Sequence record: PP941779.1
Length of the DNA: 32,000 nt
DNA from: Salmonella phage vB_Sen_TUMS_E3
Direction: 5' to 3' (one strand)
Part shown: positions 24,819 to 32,000 of the stretch, piece by piece
Numbering within the stretch: position 1 is the stretch's first letter
How the letters are laid out: each line of letters begins with the position of its first letter
Made by a program: the position numbers and the translations under genes
The notes under the pieces: generated by a model
Seen by the model: the letters and a program-made list of their open reading frames with translations, nothing else
Databases searched by the model: none
What the model was told of the DNA's origin: nothing

Positions 24819-27664
24819 AAAAAATATTAGATAGTGCTAGAAACTACTTAAAAAATAATAGCAGAATAAAAACTGCTAGTCTAATTTCTCTAGAATTACC
24901 CGGCTCTACTGGTACTAGTACTGCTTTTATTTACTTAACTGACTATTTTAGAGATGTACTATATAATGGTATTTTGTACCAGGCCGGTAAAGTTAAGTCT
25001 ATTAGCACACATAAACAAAATAGAGATTTATCTATTGGCAGCCTATCTTTTACTATTACAGGTACAGCACAGGATGAAGTATTGAAATTAGTGCAGAATG
25101 GTGTATCCTTTTTAGATAGACTAGTATCAATCCACCAAGCAATTATTACAGAGGATGGTTCTATTTTACCTGTAGACCCAGACACAAATGGCCCTTTATT
25201 ATACTTTAGAGGGAGAATTACTGGTGGAGGTATTAAGGACAACATTAGTACTTCTGGGGTTGGAACCTCTACAATTACTTGGAATTGCTCTAACCAATTC
25301 TATGATTTTGATAGGGTTAACGGTAGATTTACTGATGATGCTTCTCACAGAGGACTTGAGGTTGTAGCAGGACAATTAGTTCCATCTAACGGGGCTAAAA
25401 GACTTGAGTACCAAGAAGATTATGGGTTCTTTCATGCCAATAAAAGTATATCTATTCTAGCAAAATATCAGGTACAGGAAGAAAGATACAAGCTAAAGTC
25501 TAAGAAAAAACTATTTGGTCTATCTAGAAGCTATAGTCTTAAAAAGTACTATGAGACTGTTACTAAAGAAGTAGATATAGATTTTAACCTTACCGCTAAA
25601 TATATACCAGTAGTTTATGGTGTACAGAAAATACCGGGAATACCTATTTTTGCGGATACGGAATTATACAATCCTAATATAGTTTATGTAGTATATGCTT
25701 TTGCTGAAGGAGAGATAGACGGTTTTCTTGACTTTTCCTTTGGGGATAACCCCATGATTTGTATGGACTCTAATGATAGTTCTGCTAGAACCTGTTTCGG
25801 TGTTAAAAAAGTAGCCGGAGACACCATGCAAAGAATAGCATCAGGAGTATCTTCTAGTAGTCCTTCTGTGCACGGTCAGGAATATAAATATAATGATGGT
25901 AATGGTGATATAAGGATTTGGACTTATCATGGAAAAGCTGATCAAACGGCTTCTGAAGTATTAGTAAATATAGCAAAGGAACGTGGATTCTATCTCCAAA
26001 ATATGAACGGTAATGGGCCTGAGTACTGGGATGCTAGATATAAACTATTAGATACTGCATACGCGGTAGTACGCTTTACTATTAATGAAAATAGAACTGA
26101 GATCCCAGAAGTTAGTGCTGAGATTCAGGGTAAGAAGATAAAAATCTATCATTCTGATGGTAGAGTAACTGCTAATAGCACTAGTTTAAATGGTATCTGG
26201 CAAACACTTGACTACTTAACTTCAGATAGGTATGGTGCAAATATTACTATTGATCAGTTCCCTCTCCAACAATTGGTACAAGAAGCTGCTATCTTAGATA
26301 TTATAGATGAATCTTACCAAGTATCCTGGCAGCCATACTGGAGATATGTTGGATGGACTGATCCATTAGCAGAAAATAGACAAATAGTACAAATGAATAC
26401 TATTCTAGATACATCTGAATCAGTATTTAAAAACGTGCAGGGTTTGCTAGAGTCCTACGGTGGGGCTATTAACAACTTATCTGGTCAATATAGGATTACT
26501 GTAGAAAAATATTCTAATACTCCATTAGAGATTAATTTTCTGGATACTTATGGTGATTTAGAGCTATCAGATACTACTGGTAGAAATAAATTCAACTCAG
26601 TTCAAGCATCCATAGTAGACCCAGCTCTTAGCTGGAAAACTAACTCTATTACCTTTTATAACTCTAAATATAAAGAGCAAGATAAAAATTTAGATAAAAA
26701 ATTACAATTATCTTTTGCAAATATAACTAACTACTATACTGCTAGAAGTTTTGCAGACAGAGAACTTAAGAAATCTAGGTATTCTAGAACCCTCTCATTT
26801 TCTTTACCATATCAATTCATTGGTATTGAGCCTAACGATGCTATTGCATTTACATACGACCGTTACGGATGGGATAAGAAGTACTTTTTAGTAGATGAAG
26901 TCGAAAATTCTAGGGAAGGAAAGATAAATGTTACTCTACAGGAGTATGGGGAAGATGTATTTATCAACTCTGATCAAGTAGATAATAGTGGTAATGATAT
27001 ACCAGATATTAGTAACAACGTTCTTCCTCCTAGAGATTTTAAATATACTCCTACACCCGGTGGTTTAGTTGGTTCTATAGGAAAAAATGGTGAGCTATCT
27101 TGGCTTCCAAGCTTAACTAATAACGTAGTTTATTATTCTATCGTGCATTCCGGTCATGCTGAGCCTTATATTGTGCAGCAACTAGAAACAAATCCCAATG
27201 AACGCATGATCCAAGAGATAATTGGAGAGCCAGCAGGTTTAGCAATATTTGAAATAAGGGCTGTGGATATAAACGGTAGAAGAAGTTCTCCAGTAACATT
27301 ATCTATAGAACTTAACTCTGCTAAAAACCTAAGCGTAGTATCTAATTTTAGGGTAACTAATACGGCTTCTGGGGATGTAACTGAGTTTGTAGGCCCAGAT
27401 GTAAAACTAGCTTGGGATAGGATACCAGAAGAAGATATAATAGAAAGTATATTCTATACTCTGGAAATCTATGATTCTCAGAATAGAATGCTAAGAAGTG
27501 TACGTATTGAAAATCAGTATACTTATGACTATTTATTAATATATAATAAGGCAGATTTTGCTCTTCATAATAGTGATGCTCTAGGGATCAATAGAAAACT
27601 ATATTTTCGTATTAGAGCAGAAGGAGATGATGGAGAACAGTCTGTGGAGTGGGCATCCATTTAA
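24815..27664 (+). CDS. Baseplate hub protein (pb3-like), 949 aa
   Basis: Length (949 aa) and synteny after distal tail protein; hub-like sequence. Confidence 0.88.
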   Translation: MKKILDSARNYLKNNSRIKTASLISLELPGSTGTSTAFIYLTDYFRDVLYNGILYQAGKVKSISTHKQNRDLSIGSLSFTITGTAQDEVLKLVQNGVSFLDRLVSIHQAIITEDGSILPVDPDTNGPLLYFRGRITGGGIKDNISTSGVGTSTITWNCSNQFYDFDRVNGRFTDDASHRGLEVVAGQLVPSNGAKRLEYQEDYGFFHANKSISILAKYQVQEERYKLKSKKKLFGLSRSYSLKKYYETVTKEVDIDFNLTAKYIPVVYGVQKIPGIPIFADTELYNPNIVYVVYAFAEGEIDGFLDFSFGDNPMICMDSNDSSARTCFGVKKVAGDTMQRIASGVSSSSPSVHGQEYKYNDGNGDIRIWTYHGKADQTASEVLVNIAKERGFYLQNMNGNGPEYWDARYKLLDTAYAVVRFTINENRTEIPEVSAEIQGKKIKIYHSDGRVTANSTSLNGIWQTLDYLTSDRYGANITIDQFPLQQLVQEAAILDIIDESYQVSWQPYWRYVGWTDPLAENRQIVQMNTILDTSESVFKNVQGLLESYGGAINNLSGQYRITVEKYSNTPLEINFLDTYGDLELSDTTGRNKFNSVQASIVDPALSWKTNSITFYNSKYKEQDKNLDKKLQLSFANITNYYTARSFADRELKKSRYSRTLSFSLPYQFIGIEPNDAIAFTYDRYGWDKKYFLVDEVENSREGKINVTLQEYGEDVFINSDQVDNSGNDIPDISNNVLPPRDFKYTPTPGGLVGSIGKNGELSWLPSLTNNVVYYSIVHSGHAEPYIVQQLETNPNERMIQEIIGEPAGLAIFEIRAVDINGRRSSPVTLSIELNSAKNLSVVSNFRVTNTASGDVTEFVGPDVKLAWDRIPEEDIIESIFYTLEIYDSQNRMLRSVRIENQYTYDYLLIYNKADFALHNSDALGINRKLYFRIRAEGDDGEQSVEWASI

Positions 27665-29721
27665 TGATTTCGAATAATGCACCAGCCAAAATGGTCTTAA
27701 ATAGTATAATGACTGGATATACAATGGCGTATGTCCAGCACTCTATATATACTGACTATGATGTTATTGGTAGATCTTTTTGGTTAAAGATAGGAGAAAG
27801 TATAGATAGACGTGATTATACTGGTATAGATACTTTTTTCGTAATGATTAATAACCTGACCCCTTCAACCTCCTACGAGATTCAAGGGGCTTTCTACGAC
27901 TCTATTATTGATTCTGAACTGTTAGAGGCTAAAATTGGTATCAATCTATCTAATGAAACCAACTTTAAGACAAAAGAGAAGCCCACAATTGTTGCAGCAA
28001 GATCTGAATCAGAACCTGTGGATGTTGGGGTAGGTGCACCGATAGTTGTCGTAGAAACAACTGGTGAAGCAAGCTATTGTACTATTGAGTTAAAAAGTAC
28101 AGCTACTGAAGACAGTCCTTGGACCAAGTATTACATTGGGGCTTTAGGTTCTACTATTAAATTTGGTGGAGTTCCTATCGGAGATTATAAGATCAGAATA
28201 TCCGGTCAAGTAACTATGCCCGATGGTGTTACAGTCGATTCTTCTGGGTATTATGAATTCCCTAATATTTTAACTGTAGCGTATAATTTTATTCCTCCTA
28301 CCGCACCTATCAATATTGTTTTTAAAGCTGCACGAATTGCTGATGGTAAAGAACGCTATGATGTTAGAATTGAGTGGGATTGGGAACGCGGTGGTGGTGC
28401 TAATGTTCGTGAGTTCTTGGTTACATATATAAATTCTGAAGAATACGCTAAGACTGGCTGGGCTAAAGCTCAAAAGATAAACGTTGGTGCTGCCAGAGCT
28501 GCAACAATTATATCGTTCCCCTGGAAAGTTGAACATACCTTTAAGGTTTCGTCAATTGCCTGGGGACCAAATAAACAAGATATAACAGAATCAGCTCCTG
28601 TAACATTTATATTAAATGAAGATACCCCTCTAGATAACAGCTTTGTCAATGAGACTGGTATTGATGTTAACTATGCCTTTATTAAGGGCAGCATGAAAGA
28701 TGGGGAAATCTGGAGACAGACATTCTTAATCGATGCAGCTACTGGTGCTATTAACATTGGTCTGCTAGATGAAGAAGGAAAAGCACCTATTTCTTTTGAC
28801 CCTATAAACCGTGTTGTTAACGTTGATGGTAAAGTAATTACTAGAGATATTAATGCTGCGAACTTTATCATGACCAACTTATCTGGTAAGGATAATCCAG
28901 CAATCTACACACAAGGTAAATCTTGGGGGGATAATAACTCCGGTATTTGGATGGGTATGGATAATACTTCAGCCAAAGCAAAACTAGACATCGGTAATGC
29001 CACACAATGGATTCGTTATGATGGTGATACTCTTCGTATATCTAGTGGAGTTGTTATTGGAACTCCCAATGGTGACGTAGATATTGGTACTGGGATGCAG
29101 GGTAAACAAACAGTATTTGTTTATAAGTTAGCAACATCTCTACCCGCTAAACCGCTAGAACAAGATTACCCACCTCCTGGTTGGTCTAAAACCCCACCTA
29201 ATCGCATAGATATGACTCAAAATATCTATGCGACTACAGGTACGCTTGATCCAGTAACTAATAAGCTACTTGCTGGTACTAGCTGGTCTGATGTAGTTCA
29301 GTGGAGCGGTACTGAAGGTACCATAGGACATGATGGACAACGTGGTCCTGGAATGTATTCCTTAGGTATTCCGGGTCTTGGGGGCTGGGATGATGGACAA
29401 GCTAATGCCTTCTTCCAGAATAACTTTGGTAGTCCACCAGTTAGATATGATGTATTGACTGAGTTTAATAGTAATGCTCCACAATCTGCATTTACTCGTC
29501 AATGGAATGGTTCCGGTTGGGTTAGCCCAGCAATGGTACTACACGGCGATATGATTGTTAATGGAACAGTGACGGCAGATAAAATTGTAGCAGGAAATGC
29601 TTTCTTGTCTCAAATTGGTGTTAATATCATTTATGATAGAAATGCTGCGTTATCCGGGAATCCTGAGGCATACTACAAGATGAAGATAGACCTAAATAGT
29701 GGGTATATCCATATAAGGTAA
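27664..29721 (+). CDS. Straight/central fibre-like protein (pb4-like), 685 aa, with FnIII-like segments
   Basis: Overlap TAATG supports start at 27664 rather than 27649; C-terminus MVLHGDMIVNGTVTADKIVAGNAFLSQIG..GYIHIR is typical of tip/host-specificity proteins. Confidence 0.8.
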   Translation: MISNNAPAKMVLNSIMTGYTMAYVQHSIYTDYDVIGRSFWLKIGESIDRRDYTGIDTFFVMINNLTPSTSYEIQGAFYDSIIDSELLEAKIGINLSNETNFKTKEKPTIVAARSESEPVDVGVGAPIVVVETTGEASYCTIELKSTATEDSPWTKYYIGALGSTIKFGGVPIGDYKIRISGQVTMPDGVTVDSSGYYEFPNILTVAYNFIPPTAPINIVFKAARIADGKERYDVRIEWDWERGGGANVREFLVTYINSEEYAKTGWAKAQKINVGAARAATIISFPWKVEHTFKVSSIAWGPNKQDITESAPVTFILNEDTPLDNSFVNETGIDVNYAFIKGSMKDGEIWRQTFLIDAATGAINIGLLDEEGKAPISFDPINRVVNVDGKVITRDINAANFIMTNLSGKDNPAIYTQGKSWGDNNSGIWMGMDNTSAKAKLDIGNATQWIRYDGDTLRISSGVVIGTPNGDVDIGTGMQGKQTVFVYKLATSLPAKPLEQDYPPPGWSKTPPNRIDMTQNIYATTGTLDPVTNKLLAGTSWSDVVQWSGTEGTIGHDGQRGPGMYSLGIPGLGGWDDGQANAFFQNNFGSPPVRYDVLTEFNSNAPQSAFTRQWNGSGWVSPAMVLHGDMIVNGTVTADKIVAGNAFLSQIGVNIIYDRNAALSGNPEAYYKMKIDLNSGYIHIR

Positions 29722-29727
29722 TAAATA

Positions 29728-30150
29728 ATGAGTACAGAAAATAGAGTAATTGATATTGTTGTTGATGAGAAAGTGCCTTATGGTCTTATCATGCAGTTTA
29801 TGGATGTTGATGATAGTGTATACCCTCCTTCTGAAATACCTGTTAATCTAACAGGTTATTCACTTCGTGGAACGATTAAAGCAAGTCTTGACGAGGATGC
29901 GGAAACTTTAGCTACTTTTAAAACTCGTATAATCGATGCGGCTCAAGGAGCTGCTGCTATTAGCCTTAGTGTTGGAGATGTTAATAATATCGGTATTAAG
30001 GCATCCAAAGAGCGTGATAAATATAATCCAAGACAACGTTTTGCAGGTTATTACGATATTCTAATGACTCGCGATGTTATTAGTTCAGAAGTCAGTTCTT
30101 TCCGTATTATGGAAGGAAAGGTTTATGTGAGTGACGGGGTAACTCAATAA
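29728..30150 (+). CDS. Tail collar protein (p132-like), 140 aa
   Basis: 140 aa between pb4-like and L-shaped fibre genes; T5 synteny. Confidence 0.75.
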   Translation: MSTENRVIDIVVDEKVPYGLIMQFMDVDDSVYPPSEIPVNLTGYSLRGTIKASLDEDAETLATFKTRIIDAAQGAAAISLSVGDVNNIGIKASKERDKYNPRQRFAGYYDILMTRDVISSEVSSFRIMEGKVYVSDGVTQ

Positions 30151-32000
30151 TGGCACTTAAAACTAAAATTATTGTACAGCAGATCCTGAACATAGATGAC
30201 ACTACAACTACTGCTAGTAAGTATCCTAAATATACAGTAGTTTTAGGAAGTTCTATTAGCTCTATTACTGCTGGTGAATTAACTGCTGCTGTAGAAGCCA
30301 CCGCTGCTTCTGCGGCAGCAGCAAAAGATTCTGAAATTGCTGCTAAAGATTCTGAGAATAAAGCAAAAGATTCAGAAAACATGGCTGGTATCTATGCTAC
30401 TTCATCTGAAACATCTGCAACCCAATCAGCGGCATCTGCGGCCGAGGCTAAAAAACAAGCTAGTTTATCTCAGAAGAGTGCTGAAGCATCTGCTACATCG
30501 GCGGAAGAGTCTAAAGGACTTAGAGATTCTGCTGAATTAGCTGCTCAAAATGCTGAAACTAGTCGTAGGCTTGCAGAACAAGCTAAAACAGCTGCGCAAC
30601 AAGCTCAAACAGCTGCAGAAGCTGCTAAGACTGGTGCTGAAACAGCTAAAGATGGAGCTGATGCTGCTGCTACCACTGCTGGCGAACATGCTGCTGCTGC
30701 AAAGCAATCAGAACTAAACGCTAAGATTTCTGAAACTAATGCTGCTGGTTCTGCTACTGAAGCCGGTGATAAAGCTAATGATGCTACTACTGAGGCAGAT
30801 CGTGCTAAAGCTGAGGCAGATCGTGCAACTCAGATTGTTGATAGTAAACTTGATAAAGTAGATATTTCTGGTTTTATTAAAGTTTATAAGACTAAAGCAG
30901 AAGCTGATGCTGATGTTGTAAACCGTGTGCTAGACGAAAAGGTTCTAGTCTGGAATCAAACTGATTCAAAGTATGGTTGGTATAAAGTTGCTGGTACTAC
31001 TGAAGCTCCTGTTCTAGAGTTAGTAGAAATAGAGCAAAAGCTAGTTTCTATTAACAACGTTCATGCAGACGATGCAGGTAACGTACAGATCACCCTTCCT
31101 GGTGGTAACCCGTCTCTGTGGCTAGGTGAAGTTACTTGGTTCCCTTATAACAAGGATTCAGGTGTTGGTTACCCTGGTGTTCTACCTGCTGATGGCCGTG
31201 AAGTTCTTCGTGTAGACTATCCAGATACTTGGGAGGCTATTGAGGCTGGCTTAATTCCTTCTGTATCAGAAGCTGAATGGCAAGCTGGTGCGTCTCTTTA
31301 CTTCTCTACTGGGGATGGCTCTACAACCTTCCGTCTACCAGATATGATGCAAGGACAGGCATTCCGTGCACCAACTAAAGGTGAAGAAGATGCTGGTGCT
31401 ATCAAAGAACAAATCCCTTATATCACTACTGTGAATGGGATTGGTCCTGCTGACGATACTGGAGCTATTAAGCTACCTTACGTGGCTATGGTTAACGGAG
31501 CTATTATACCAGATGAGAATGGTAACCTAACACTAGGTAACGTTGTTACTAAGAATGTTTGGAATGGTACTGATGGAGAAGTTCTACTTCGTGGTGCTTT
31601 TGGTTTAGGTGGTGCTGGTATTGCGTTAAATGAACCTGATATAGTATCATTTTTTAAGGCTATGAGAGCTTTTGGCTCTGGGTATTATCGCAATGATACT
31701 GGATTTGATGGCTTGCCTGCATACGCTGCAGGTTTCTACTCCAGGGTAGCAGATACTAACTCATTTATATGCCCAGCGTATGGTAGTGCTTCAGTATTTG
31801 TAGCTGCAATCAATGATGGTGTTTTAGATAGTGAAAACCCTATTGTTCATACTAATATTCTTTATGGTACTGTTAATAAGCCAGATCTAAATGGTGATAC
31901 TAATGGAGTTCTTAGTGTTGGTAAAGGCGGTACTGGAGCTACCACAGTTAATGCTGCTAAGAAAGCTTTAGAAGTTGGTGGAGTTTTCTGTAATGATAGC
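30150..32000 (+). CDS. ltf: L-shaped tail fibre protein (pb1-like), N-terminal ~617 codons, truncated by window end
   Basis: ATG at 30150 overlapping the previous stop (TAATG), continuously open to 32000. Long Ala-rich coiled coil, then SLYFSTGDGSTTFRLPDMM and GVLSVGKGGTGATT fibre motifs. Missing from ORF track because it is open-ended. Confidence 0.88.
   Translation, partial: MALKTKIIVQQILNIDDTTTTASKYPKYTVVLGSSISSITAGELTAAVEATAASAAAAKDSEIAAKDSENKAKDSENMAGIYATSSETSATQSAASAAEAKKQASLSQKSAEASATSAEESKGLRDSAELAAQNAETSRRLAEQAKTAAQQAQTAAEAAKTGAETAKDGADAAATTAGEHAAAAKQSELNAKISETNAAGSATEAGDKANDATTEADRAKAEADRATQIVDSKLDKVDISGFIKVYKTKAEADADVVNRVLDEKVLVWNQTDSKYGWYKVAGTTEAPVLELVEIEQKLVSINNVHADDAGNVQITLPGGNPSLWLGEVTWFPYNKDSGVGYPGVLPADGREVLRVDYPDTWEAIEAGLIPSVSEAEWQAGASLYFSTGDGSTTFRLPDMMQGQAFRAPTKGEEDAGAIKEQIPYITTVNGIGPADDTGAIKLPYVAMVNGAIIPDENGNLTLGNVVTKNVWNGTDGEVLLRGAFGLGGAGIALNEPDIVSFFKAMRAFGSGYYRNDTGFDGLPAYAAGFYSRVADTNSFICPAYGSASVFVAAINDGVLDSENPIVHTNILYGTVNKPDLNGDTNGVLSVGKGGTGATTVNAAKKALEVGGVFCNDS

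Noticed and set aside
27649-27663. Track start of the pb4-like ORF at 27649
   Set aside because: A start at 27664 overlaps the upstream stop as TAATG, the arrangement used repeatedly in this operon.
30107-30540. ORFs 30107..30382 (-) and 30337..30540 (+)
   Set aside because: Shadow frames of the alanine-rich fibre gene.
1-32000. tRNA genes, integrase, transposase or host-derived sequence
   Set aside because: No tRNA-like cloverleaf or relevant protein motifs noticed by eye; tRNAscan-SE and an HMM search would be needed to exclude them formally.

Overview
This 32 kb window fits part of a T5-like siphophage (Tequintavirus / Demerecviridae type). It is shown in reverse relative to the usual T5 map and spans a junction between the pre-early (first-step-transfer, terminally redundant) region and the late structural region. 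Order on the + strand: (a) ~1 kb of non-coding DNA with DnaA boxes, a near-consensus LexA box, phased direct repeats and palindromes, resembling the T5 injection-stop region; (b) pre-early genes including A2-like, A1-like (metallophosphoesterase motifs GHTH/SNHD) and dmp-like (HAD 5'-deoxynucleotidase), separated by intergenic hairpins and a recurrent leader motif; (c) an unannotated block of four overlapping tiny minus-strand ORFs, mostly membrane proteins, between the dmp end and the llp-like lipoprotein; (d) divergent llp-like lipoprotein and receptor-binding protein; (e) TerS, TerL, HNH, portal, Ig-decorated head protein, prohead protease, major capsid, head completion, tail terminator, tail tube, baseplate tube, tape-measure chaperones (a likely programmed frameshift pair), tape measure, Dit/pb9-like, pb3-like, pb4-like, p132-like collar, and the start of the L-shaped tail fibre gene (truncated by the window). 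No tRNA, CRISPR, transposon or integrase was recognised. Best candidates for something under-described: the 28-bp wobble-containing inverted repeat bracketing a 67-aa pre-early ORF, the LexA/DnaA-box cluster, the paired pre-early hairpins with a compensatory change, the four-gene micro-ORF membrane cluster, the terminator plus conserved-tail module reused in the late operon, and the chaperone frameshift. Protein identifications rest on recalled T5 family knowledge (protein lengths, order, motifs), not on a database search.
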